NCBI GenBank assembly: GCA_964605525.1
Contig: CAZSCV010000003.1
Location: 4,227-68,226, forward strand
DNA: 64,000 nucleotides
Direction of reading: 5' to 3'
Origin: an uncultured Bdellovibrionales bacterium
GTDB lineage: Bacteria > Patescibacteriota > Minisyncoccia > Moranbacterales > UBA9337
Shown: positions 50,871 to 59,079 of the stretch, piece after piece
Numbering within the stretch: position 1 is the stretch's first letter
Layout: each line of letters opens with the position of its first letter
Notes under the pieces: model-generated
The model's database searches: none
What the model was told of the DNA's origin: nothing
What the model saw: only the letters and a program-made list of their open reading frames with translations
Made by a program: the position numbers and the translations under genes

Positions 50871-50927
50871 AAAGCAAAATTTTCGAACCGATATAATAGC
50901 GCAAAAGAGCCTTAGTAAGGCTCTTTT
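50871..50927. repeat. diverged copy a of the same repeat, beside the PRTase-like GC island
   Basis: TTCGAACCGATATAATAGCGCAAAAGAGCCTTAGTAAGGCTCTTTTGGAATG. Confidence 0.6.
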
Positions 50928-50984
50928 GGAATGATGCCATGAAGTCCGGAGGCAGGCAGGGTCACTTTGGGAAAATAAATAGTC

Positions 50985-51371
50985 CTAATCTAGTTGGTTT
51001 ATCTGTATTAGATTTCCACAGGTGTCATTAAACACCGCAATCGTTGATCCCGTCACTTTTGTTGGCTCCATGGTAAAGGATACGCCCAATTCCTTCAATT
51101 TTTCATATTCTTTTTGGATATCATCGACAAAAAATGCCGTAGCTGGTATGTTTTGTTCAAAAATAGCTTTCTGATATATTTTGGCGGCAGGATTTTCGTT
51201 GGGTTCGAGAAGAAGCTCGGTCCCATCCGGCTGTTCGGGAGAAACAACGGTTAGCCACCTATATTCTCCAGCAGACACGTCATTTTTTTTCACAAAACCT
51301 AAAACTTCCGTATAGAACTCCAGCGCTTTTGTCTGGTTGTCTACAAACACGCTGGTCACTTTGATTTTCAT
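50985..51371 (-). CDS. VOC (glyoxalase/bleomycin-resistance) family protein
   Basis: KALEFYTEVLGF at the N-terminus and a paired beta-alpha-beta-beta-beta module. Confidence 0.75.
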   Translation of the reverse strand: MKIKVTSVFVDNQTKALEFYTEVLGFVKKNDVSAGEYRWLTVVSPEQPDGTELLLEPNENPAAKIYQKAIFEQNIPATAFFVDDIQKEYEKLKELGVSFTMEPTKVTGSTIAVFNDTCGNLIQINQLD

Positions 51372-51401
51372 AAGATTAATGCGTTATTTGAATTATTTTA
51401 T

Positions 51402-51674
51402 TTATTCCCCATCATAGGCTTTTTGCAATTCCACCATGTTTATTTTCTTCATTTTAAGCACGGCTCCCATGACTCTTTCAGTTTTGTCTTGATCTCGAAG
51501 CATTTTTTCGATAGTATCCGGAACAATTTGCCAAGAAAGACCGAAGCGATCTTCTAAATTTATTACAAAAACCCACACGAATAATTGCATATTTTTAGGT
51601 ATCCTTAATCCTGATAAGGAAACATTAATGGAAAAACCGAAAAAGACCACGGGTATTGCCAATGATATTTGCAA
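51402..51674 (-). pseudogene. 3' remnant of a PhnB-like VOC family gene
   Basis: Only the C-terminal roughly 50 aa (DRFGLSWQIVPD...AVLKMKKINMVELQKAYDG) match the PhnB family C-terminus. The N-terminal part of the ORF is unrelated. Confidence 0.4.
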
Positions 51675-51876
51675 GGATTTAAAAAGTGGATTGGCTCAAA
51701 AGCCGATATAATGCTTTGTCTTTATTATGTGGAGGTTGGCATGAAATACACCTATACTTACGGCGATATCAATGAACCTTTTTGTGCCCGCATGAATAAA
51801 GGGGGTCAGGTACCTTTTTTGTTTTAGTGCATAGCAAGGATGATCCCCAACTAATCTTATCAACGAACTCCGCAAA

Positions 51877-52689
51877 TCATTTACTGCTAAAATTTGTCAG
51901 AATAACGACTTCTTTCTCATGGATATGTCCATCTTTTTCGTGTCTTTTGACAAAAAACTTCCTTGCACTTTCTTTGATTTCATCCGACATATCATGCAGA
52001 TGCCGCATGCCTATCCACTCCAAGACCAGATTGCCGTTTTTATTAAGGATATTGCCTCTTGTCAAAACACCGGAAAATATCGTATCAAATTTTTTGACTT
52101 TGATCCTATGTGCGCTAAGCCCGCTCAGTAACGAATCAATTTCATTCCTTGATGACCCATATTGATCGTCGGTTATTTTTTTAAGCCCGCCCAAAAAAGA
52201 ATTTGCGTCATTCACCACGAAAACTGCGACTCCATCCCTTTTAAGCATTTTTCTTATCTTATCCAGATATGAGTTATTTCTAAAGGTATAGATACTATGG
52301 ATAAGAAAAATGATGTCATATTTGCTCTGGGTGGAAAATTTTTCGAAAGTACTCTTTTTTGTGACAATGGGATACTTTTTCTTGGCCGATTCCCCAATGC
52401 AGTTTTTTATAAATTCTTCTGAAGGCTCCACCAGATCAGCTTCGGCAATTATTTCTTTTTGTTTGAATAAATCAAGAAGATGCCTAAGTCGCTTGCCATC
52501 ACCGCCACCGACATCCAATATCTTTAGTTCTTTTTTATTTCTAATTTCAGGATAGACAATATCAAAAACACTAAGAATCAATGAATCTTTTTTGCCATAA
52601 AGTATGTTTTTGAATTCGTTGTATTTACGGGCTCCTTCCGAGGAATTCAAATAATCCAAGTACTGTTTCTTTACATCTTTCATAAACAA
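51877..52689 (-). CDS. class I SAM-dependent methyltransferase
   Basis: Motif I LDVGGGDGKRL plus motif II/III spacing. Confidence 0.7.
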   Translation of the reverse strand: MFMKDVKKQYLDYLNSSEGARKYNEFKNILYGKKDSLILSVFDIVYPEIRNKKELKILDVGGGDGKRLRHLLDLFKQKEIIAEADLVEPSEEFIKNCIGESAKKKYPIVTKKSTFEKFSTQSKYDIIFLIHSIYTFRNNSYLDKIRKMLKRDGVAVFVVNDANSFLGGLKKITDDQYGSSRNEIDSLLSGLSAHRIKVKKFDTIFSGVLTRGNILNKNGNLVLEWIGMRHLHDMSDEIKESARKFFVKRHEKDGHIHEKEVVILTNFSSK

Positions 52690-52717
52690 AGTCTAATACT
52701 TTATTGTGCCCTTGTCT

Positions 52718-52786
52718 AATGTTTGAGCCTGTTTTATAGCAAAAAAGAGCCTTCCTTTGGCTCTTTTGAGATTTGCTCCGCGAGCT
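52718..52786. repeat. copy b of a roughly 65-bp hairpin-containing direct repeat, 5' of the pyrF-like gene
   Basis: AATGTTTGAGCCTGTTTTATAGCAAAAAAGAGCCTTCCTTTGGCTCTTTTGAGATTTGCTCCGC. Confidence 0.75.
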
Positions 52787-52945
52787 CAAATCTATTCGAA
52801 CCTATTCCAATAGTTAAGCACGCCTGGATTAGAAAATATTCGAACTTTACAGATTAAGTCTCATATACTTGCTTTTTATGTCTAAACCTGTACAATCTAT
52901 GCAGGTAGAAATGGGAGTTAGGCATGGGGCTTAACTCTTCAGTTA

Positions 52946-53698
52946 TTGCACAATCTCAATCAGGGAGGCATTATGGACTCAGGGAGAACGATTTGGGCAG
53001 CATTGGACACAGACAAGAGAAAGGCTCTACAGATCGCAAAAACCATTGCTTCACATCCGGCAATTTTCGGCTTCAAAGTCAACCGTTTGATCGATCAGGA
53101 GGTTTTCCGTAAAGACGGCGAACCGGCCTTGTTCGAAGAGCTGGCACAGCATGGTCTTCCGATCTGGGTTGATCTGAAACTGTTCGACATCCCCAGGACT
53201 GTCGTCGAAAGGCTCATGCCGTATATCCAATCAGGATACGTTCAGTTCATCACTGTTATGGCCAAGGGCGAGGTCGACATGATGGCTGACGGTGTTGCTG
53301 CGATGGGCGACAAAGGAAACATCATCGCCGTCACCGAACTGACATCATTTTCCGAAGAACAAGTTCACCTCGGGAGTGGTCATCCCTCAAAGGCATCCGT
53401 AATCAATCTGGCTCGCATCTCTGTACTGGCTGGAGTACGTTATATGGTCTGTTCCTCTCAGGAACTGGGGGTGTTGAAAAGTCGGAGGGAATTGGTTTCC
53501 CTTCGCAAGTTCGTTCCGGGGATAACTCCCGACTGGAAAAAGGGAGAAAACCAGCCGGGTCAGAAACGAGTCGGTAGTCCTGCCTTTGCTCTCAGCGGAG
53601 GTGCAGACAAAATCGTCATCGGCGGAGCGATCGTCAACGATGCTGATCCCCTGGGAGCAGTCGAAAAGACGGCTCAGGAAATTGAAGCCATCGACTGA
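52946..53698 (+). CDS. orotidine-5'-phosphate decarboxylase family protein (PyrF-like), GC-rich
   Basis: ALDTD, FKVN, VDLKLFDIPRTV (DxKxxDIP) and C-terminal GADKIVIGGAIVNDADP. The true start may be M at 52973. Confidence 0.65.
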   Translation: MHNLNQGGIMDSGRTIWAALDTDKRKALQIAKTIASHPAIFGFKVNRLIDQEVFRKDGEPALFEELAQHGLPIWVDLKLFDIPRTVVERLMPYIQSGYVQFITVMAKGEVDMMADGVAAMGDKGNIIAVTELTSFSEEQVHLGSGHPSKASVINLARISVLAGVRYMVCSSQELGVLKSRRELVSLRKFVPGITPDWKKGENQPGQKRVGSPAFALSGGADKIVIGGAIVNDADPLGAVEKTAQEIEAID

Positions 53699-53725
53699 AA
53701 TCACAATCACTATTTGTCATCAAGA

Positions 53726-53767
53726 AGCCGAAAGTTCGCAGTGCGAACCGTAGGCTTTTTTATTTTT
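53726..53767 (+). terminator. intrinsic terminator after the pyrF-like gene
   Basis: AAGCC..GTTCGCAGTGCGAAC..GGCTT followed by T6. Confidence 0.65.
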
Positions 53768-53792
53768 TGTAAAATAAAAGAGTTAATGCAAT

Positions 53793-53861
53793 CAATGTTC
53801 GAACCTGTTTTATAGCACAAAAAGAGCCTTCATTTGGCTCTTTTGAGATTTGCTCTGCTGA
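53793..53861. repeat. copy c of the roughly 65-bp direct repeat, 3' of the pyrF-like gene
   Basis: AATGTTCGAACCTGTTTTATAGCACAAAAAGAGCCTTCATTTGGCTCTTTTGAGATTTGCTCTGC. Confidence 0.75.
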
Positions 53862-54003
53862 ATTGTTGTATTCAGAACTGAAATCGCTCAAATTAGCCGG
53901 GGATTTGAACTTGTTTTTGAAAACTTTTGCACTCCAATAAAAAAAACGACCCGCTCTATATAAGCAACGGGTCGCACATCTTGAATCTACTTGCTGAACA
54001 CTG

Positions 54004-54528
54004 TCAGCTCAGGAAGTCCACGCCAGCCTTCCTCTCTTCATCGTTTTCGTAAGCGTTGTGGGCCAGTCCGACGATAACATCGGCTATCATACCGGAAATC
54101 ATCTTGTCGAACCAGGGTTGAACGCCGGAACATGTCACGACGATACCCCGCCTTTTGACGCCGCCCCAGTAAGGTGTGTCATCTGAGAACAGCAGATGCG
54201 GAATAGGCATTGTGCGGTCATCGTTCCTGTCGGTCCAAAGCTGAAGCGCCTTGCACCGAGCAATGTTATCATAGGGATGTTCCCAACCCTCTTCTTTGCC
54301 GAGACTGTGCTCATAAAGAGACACAGCCTGAAGCGGATAGTTGGGCCAGTCAGGATAGTCGGCCTCGCGGTCGTCCTTCATGCCGGGCACCAGTATGACA
54401 ATGTGGCACTGCACCCGCTTGAGTAAGGGACGAAGTAGCGACGAATCTCCCATGACTGCGCCAAGAACTGCCTCGACTGCTTTACGTGCATCTTCCTCGG
54501 TGAGATACTTTGGTGTAATCAACTTCAT
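54004..54528 (-). CDS. hypothetical protein (GC-rich island, no recognisable family)
   Basis: 174-aa ORF at about 52% GC with strong codon periodicity. Confidence 0.45.
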   Translation of the reverse strand: MKLITPKYLTEEDARKAVEAVLGAVMGDSSLLRPLLKRVQCHIVILVPGMKDDREADYPDWPNYPLQAVSLYEHSLGKEEGWEHPYDNIARCKALQLWTDRNDDRTMPIPHLLFSDDTPYWGGVKRRGIVVTCSGVQPWFDKMISGMIADVIVGLAHNAYENDEERKAGVDFLS

Positions 54529-54546
54529 GTGTTCCTCCTTTGTCGG

Positions 54547-55908
54547 TTATTTCATTGCTTCGAGGATGCTTTCCTCGGTTTCTTTCTTTTCGGCTTGATG
54601 AACTGCATCCTCAGCATCTCTCTTTTCCCTTTCTGCAATCAGTTCGCGAACTTTTTCTACGAGTTCCTGGTCATCCGCGAACTCCTCAAGCATCTGGCCT
54701 GCCGCACGCCTCGTCTCCGCATCGTATACATGGAATCTTCCATATTCTTCCACATTTTTGATGACGGCGTATCTGGCGATTTTGTGCCGAAGCTCTTTAA
54801 AGGAGTCTGCGGACAAAAGCTCGAAGAAGTTGATAACATTGAAGGCATCGATCAGATGTTTGTTTGACTGAAGATTATCCACGAGGAACTGCACCTGCTC
54901 AATGAAGAACTTCTTGGAGTAGTGTAGGCCGTAGAACTGCATCTGAATGAAACTGGAATAGCAGCGCAGAGCGTCTTCATGCTCTTCTCTGGGCTTTGCT
55001 TTTCCTTCGATCTCGGCACGCACTATATCTCGCATCTTCCCGTCGGCCAACCTTTTCCATTTCTCATTGATGTCGTCGGAGTACATGAGGTTCCGGAAAG
55101 GATTGTATCCTGAAGCAAAATCCATATTCCAGAACGTTGAGATGTCATTAAGGGAATACAGCGGAAATATTTTTTCTGCCTGCTCAGCAGGAAGCTTTGC
55201 AAGCAGTTTCAGGATGCAGTGGTTGTAGAAGTGCAGCGCATCATGATATTTGTCGGGTATCGACATGTACACCATAATACCACCGCCACCTTCGGCAACA
55301 TTCCTCGGCCGATCGCAATGCATCGGACTCAGCGCAGTTACAAACTGTGTGATAAGCTCCGATACGTAACTCAGTAGATCGGGAGTCAGCTTGTCGAGGA
55401 TGTCTGACCTGTGATAAAACTTGCCAATATCTCCTTTCCAGTAAAGCGGGTTCACTGCAGCCGAAGGCACCATTAGCAGAAACAGTGCCCGCTTCTTGAA
55501 ACTATCGTTCACCTGCTGGGAAAGAAGATCGAGCAAGTCCCTTACTTCTCTGGACTTGAAGTCGACCCATTTTTTCCATTTCATATCTTCTTCCGTGGGA
55601 AACCACTTGCTTCTAAGTCTCTTGAGTAAAAACATCAGTCTTTCCATGATTTCTTCCTCCTGTGCTGTTTGCTCGTCAGACGGCTTCCAATGCCGTCCTT
55701 TTTTGGCTCTCCATCCCTGTCTCTTTTCCCGAAGCTCGTAAAGAAAGACGACTTCTCCAGGTTCCGGGTGCCCATGCTCCTGCCACACATTACGCTCCAA
55801 AGAGAACGTAACCGAGCCAGTGAACACCTGTGTGGTCGCAATGGCATACGGCCCGTGCGGTCCCACTGGAACAACTTTTTCAACTATGGCTTTTATGCCT
55901 TTTTCCAC
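54547..55908 (-). CDS. hypothetical 453-aa protein (GC-rich island, no recognisable family)
   Basis: Long ORF at about 50% GC. An N-terminal small beta-rich segment (VVPVGPHGPYAIATTQVFTGSVTF) is followed by a helical domain. Confidence 0.5.
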   Translation of the reverse strand: MEKGIKAIVEKVVPVGPHGPYAIATTQVFTGSVTFSLERNVWQEHGHPEPGEVVFLYELREKRQGWRAKKGRHWKPSDEQTAQEEEIMERLMFLLKRLRSKWFPTEEDMKWKKWVDFKSREVRDLLDLLSQQVNDSFKKRALFLLMVPSAAVNPLYWKGDIGKFYHRSDILDKLTPDLLSYVSELITQFVTALSPMHCDRPRNVAEGGGGIMVYMSIPDKYHDALHFYNHCILKLLAKLPAEQAEKIFPLYSLNDISTFWNMDFASGYNPFRNLMYSDDINEKWKRLADGKMRDIVRAEIEGKAKPREEHEDALRCYSSFIQMQFYGLHYSKKFFIEQVQFLVDNLQSNKHLIDAFNVINFFELLSADSFKELRHKIARYAVIKNVEEYGRFHVYDAETRRAAGQMLEEFADDQELVEKVRELIAEREKRDAEDAVHQAEKKETEESILEAMK

Positions 55909-56059
55909 GCTTTTCTCACCTCCTTTCGCATTGAGTTTTTAAAGGTCAACTGACGATAAATAATAATATGAACTAGTGCAAAAGTCAAGGGGCTGTAGAG
56001 TTACCCGAATTCAAACCCCAAAGCCCCTTTTTCCGGTGAGTGTGAATATTTGTGTTAAA

Positions 56060-56092
56060 AACAATTAAAAAACCCTCCAAACAGAGAGGGTC
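56060..56092 (-). terminator. intrinsic terminator downstream of the minus-strand GIY-YIG gene
   Basis: The reverse strand reads GACCCTCTCTGTTTGGAGGGT followed by T6. Confidence 0.6.
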
Positions 56093-56122
56093 ATTTTACC
56101 AAAGAATTTCTGATCATTTGTT

Positions 56123-56413
56123 TCAAACTGCTTTTTCCTTTGCTGGTTTTGAAGTATTTTCTTTAAAATAATGTCGCAGTTGTTTTTTGAGATATGTTCG
56201 ACCGGAACCACCCTTGAGAAATTTTTCTCGTCCGACCGCATCAGCTTTATTGAGATATGCTTCGTAATAAATTAATTTCCAATTTTTCTTCAAAGAAGTT
56301 GTTCTGCATCCATATCCTCTTTGATGATCATTAACTCTGGTTTTCAAATCATTAGTATATCCAATATACCAAGAATTATCATTTTGACACTCTAATAAAT
56401 AGGCGTAATACAT
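56123..56413 (-). CDS. GIY-YIG nuclease family protein (short, stand-alone)
   Basis: MYYAYLLECQ...WYIGYTNDLKTRVNDHQ. It is a paralog of 18943-19227. Confidence 0.8.
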   Translation of the reverse strand: MYYAYLLECQNDNSWYIGYTNDLKTRVNDHQRGYGCRTTSLKKNWKLIYYEAYLNKADAVGREKFLKGGSGRTYLKKQLRHYFKENTSKPAKEKAV

Positions 56414-56566
56414 GATTTTAAATTAGTGAATTATGTTTTAATTATACAGTAAAAAAAGACCTGTCGCGCCACGAAAAATGGCTTCGCCATCTCGTGGCCA
56501 CGAAAAACTTACAAAAAAGGTGGAGTTATATAGTTTTGTAAAATATGGCGGCGCCACGAGATGAAA

Positions 56567-56598
56567 AAAAGACTATCCCGTCAGGGTAGTCTTTTTTG
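56567..56598 (-). terminator. hairpin terminator immediately 3' of the split tRNA
   Basis: AAAGACTA-TCCCGTCAGGG-TAGTCTTTTTT. Confidence 0.6.
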
Positions 56599-56648
56599 AG
56601 TTTTTCGTGGCTCCGACGGTAGGATTCGAACCTACGACCAAGTGATTA

Positions 56649-57211
56649 CACTCTTGGCAAGTGGACTATATCATTCTCTCATAATTTTATAACAATGAGA
56701 GATTGGGCGCTTTTTGGAAGATTATTGTTGGGACTCACTTCCTAGTCTCTACACCTTTCCCGAGAATTAAAACCCGTCGGGACTTGGCTCGGTATTAGAG
56801 TGGCTCTCCTTCACCGAATTCACCCAATTTTTCGATCAGAGTCACCTCTGAAAGCTGCCTAGCATGGACTTCTATGTGACAATTACTGCATAATAAAATG
56901 CATTTGTCTAACTCAGATTTTACTCGATCCCATGACCGAGTATATCCTTTCTCTGAGACACCGAAATCTTTTGCTGCAGGTTCCAAATGATGAAAAGCAA
57001 GAGCGTTTTCACATTTGTTGTATCCGCATATTTGACAAGCACCTCCTTTATATTGGAGAGATTTCTTCTTGATATCCTTTCTTCTTTTATCAACAAAAAA
57101 TTTGCTTTTGCATTGCGGACTACAGAACCTGCGCCGTGGTTTTACATTTTTTGTACAAATTTTCCAAGCACATTTCATATGCTATATTATACAAAAATAT
57201 AAGCCAAATTG
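56649..57211 (-). mobile_element. candidate self-splicing (group I-like) intron or invasive insertion in tRNA-Asn, carrying an HNH endonuclease ORF
   Basis: The 5' exon ends in U and the insertion ends in G. TTGGC near the 5' end is complementary to GCCAA near the 3' end. There is an internal 8-bp hairpin (TCTCTCAT...ATGAGAGA) and a same-strand ORF. Confidence 0.45.
56795..57178 (-). CDS. HNH endonuclease
   Basis: CxxC...CQICGYNKC...AFHHLEP...CSNCH gives the HNH zinc-finger nuclease motifs; 127 aa. Confidence 0.8.
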   Translation of the reverse strand: MKCAWKICTKNVKPRRRFCSPQCKSKFFVDKRRKDIKKKSLQYKGGACQICGYNKCENALAFHHLEPAAKDFGVSEKGYTRSWDRVKSELDKCILLCSNCHIEVHARQLSEVTLIEKLGEFGEGEPL

Positions 57212-57526
57212 ACAGTCACCTGCGCTACCACTGCGCCACGTCGGAATATATTCTATTTTTAAACGACACAATCCCATTATATAGAAAAAGAAAAATAAAT
57301 CAAGGGTTTGTATTGGAAAAGCGTATCGTGGATAATTCTTGATATTTTTTGAAACAAAATAAATATCCAAGCAGTAATAATAAAAAGCAATGGATTAATG
57401 GGTGATGTTTTGCAAATAATTTGTTTTTTATATATAAAATCTTAACTTTCGGCTGTAATTCAGCCGACGGAAAATAAGCAATCTGACAAATTTCAATATA
57501 TTTTAATCATTAATTCACACAAAAAT

Positions 57527-57928
57527 ATGAAAAACAGAGTAGTGCATTTTGAAATTCAGGCCGACAACGTGGAGCGCGCCAAGAATTTCTATGAAAAAGC
57601 TTTCGGATGGAAAATTGAAAAATATGAAAGCAAAGAGAAGATGGAAATGCCGATGGATTATTGGATGGTTATGACGGGCGAAAAAGGAACACCTGGAATT
57701 GACGGAGGAATGTACCAGCGTCCGAAAGATGACAAGATTTATACCTATGATTGCACGATTGAAGTTGAAGACATCGACAAGGCGGTGGAGGCGGTCAAAT
57801 CCGGCGGAGGAACGATTACTCGTGAGAAAAGCGAGCTCGCCGGAGTGGGCTGGTTTGCCAGCGCCAAAGATCCGGAAGGCAACCGTTTTGCCTTGATGCA
57901 ACCGGTTGGATGGAAGATGGAAGGATAG
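57527..57928 (+). CDS. VOC (glyoxalase) family protein
   Basis: VVHFEIQADNVERAKNFYEKAFGW with a paired module. Confidence 0.75.
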   Translation: MKNRVVHFEIQADNVERAKNFYEKAFGWKIEKYESKEKMEMPMDYWMVMTGEKGTPGIDGGMYQRPKDDKIYTYDCTIEVEDIDKAVEAVKSGGGTITREKSELAGVGWFASAKDPEGNRFALMQPVGWKMEG

Positions 57929-57973
57929 TTTATTGAAGATGTTGAGCAGGATATAAAACAAAAAGACGACTTA

Positions 57974-58618
57974 CTACGAGTTGTTCTTTTTGTTTCTTCG
58001 GTGGAAAATTATTATCGGAACTATTATAATCATTCCGATAATGAAAGCGAAAATCTGAAAACGGATAGGGACGGCGCCTAGATATGCCAGTGCAGCGGTA
58101 GCGGGGATGACTCCGAGAAATGTGGTGGCAAGATATATTTTCCAATGAATATCAGTAAAGAGTCCCAAAGCGTAGCTGAGAATGTCAACCGGAGTCACAA
58201 TACGCAAAAAAATCAAATACCAAAAAAGATTTTTTTCCGGAATATATTTGTAATGTTCTTTGACTTTATCCAGGGAAATAAATTTTTTCACGATGTCTGC
58301 TCCATATTTTCTGGCAATCCAAAACGCTAGCATTGATCCGAGCGTCCAGCCGAAAACGCTAATGATGATAGTCCAGAATATTCCCCACAAACTCACCGAA
58401 AGGGGAATGAGCGGAATGCTAGTAAATGGAGCAATGACAATTGCCAGGACAATGGCAAGAATATAGAAAAAAATTCCCAGCAGGTCATAGCCCATTATCA
58501 GTTCGCGGATGGCTTCGGTATATTGCTGGGTCAAAAAAGCGGACAACACAAAAATTCCGGCGATAATGAGAAGAGGGAAAAGTTCTTTTATTAAATTTTT
58601 TCCAGGCATATTTTTCAT
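57974..58618 (-). CDS. TVP38/TMEM64 (DedA-related) family membrane protein
   Basis: PFTSIPLIPLS...GWTLGSMLAFWIARKYG is the SNARE-associated-domain signature. Confidence 0.75.
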   Translation of the reverse strand: MKNMPGKNLIKELFPLLIIAGIFVLSAFLTQQYTEAIRELIMGYDLLGIFFYILAIVLAIVIAPFTSIPLIPLSVSLWGIFWTIIISVFGWTLGSMLAFWIARKYGADIVKKFISLDKVKEHYKYIPEKNLFWYLIFLRIVTPVDILSYALGLFTDIHWKIYLATTFLGVIPATAALAYLGAVPIRFQIFAFIIGMIIIVPIIIFHRRNKKNNS

Positions 58619-58711
58619 GGCTTCAGAATAGCATCATTGAGAGTTTGAGGAAAGCCACCCCGATGAAATATTTGTCACAATTATTCGTACTACAAAACAT
58701 TAAGGGCGCGG

Positions 58712-58990
58712 TTGTCTAATTATTTAATTTGTTTAAAATGTATGTGGAGTTATTATCACATGGGAGGTTTGGGGTTCGGGTTGGGCTGGATTTTTCAATT
58801 GGTTTTTTGGGTGCTGGTAATTTGGTTGATTCTGGTTTTGGTAAATCATTTTTCCAAAAAATCAGGAAGTCGTTGTTGTGGAATGGGAGAAAGCAAAGAG
58901 AACGAAGCGCTTCAAATTTTGAAAAACCGTTATGCCAAAGGAGAAATCAAAAAAGAAGAATTTGAACAGATGAAAAAAGACTTGCAATAG
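58712..58990 (+). CDS. SHOCT-domain small membrane protein
   Basis: TM helix plus C-terminal LQILKNRYAKGEIKKEEFEQMKKDL. Confidence 0.5.
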   Translation: MSNYLICLKCMWSYYHMGGLGFGLGWIFQLVFWVLVIWLILVLVNHFSKKSGSRCCGMGESKENEALQILKNRYAKGEIKKEEFEQMKKDLQ

Positions 58991-59079
58991 TTTTTTTGAA
59001 AAAGCTTTCGCTTGTGTTAAACTGTTCATATAATCGATTTTTTTAGATAAAGTTTGCAATAAAAATTAAGCTAAAAAAT

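Larger units (their letters stand above)
56608..57245 (-). tRNA. tRNA-Asn(GUU), CCA encoded, interrupted in the anticodon loop (between nt 35 and 36) by a 563-bp insertion
   Basis: 5' exon 57245-57212 is TCCGACG-TG-GCGC-AGTGGTA-GCGC-A-GGTGA-CTGT. 3' exon 56648-56608 is TAA-TCACT-TGGTC-GTAGG-TTCGAAT-CCTAC-CGTCGGA-G-CCA. Joined they give a canonical 75-nt cloverleaf with loop CUGUUAA. tRNA-Thr(UGU) is the less parsimonious alternative reading. Confidence 0.6.

Noticed and set aside
52718-53861. Integron attC sites as an explanation for the 65-bp repeats flanking the pyrF-like gene
   Set aside because: There is no integron integrase in the window and the repeats lack the R''-L''/L'-R' GTTRRRY core organisation. 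They are kept as a generic cassette-flanking repeat.
56608-56660. Isolated tRNA 3' fragment serving as an integrase att site
   Set aside because: The matching 5' half was found 563 bp away on the same strand and completes a canonical tRNA-Asn, so it is a split gene and not an att-site duplicate.
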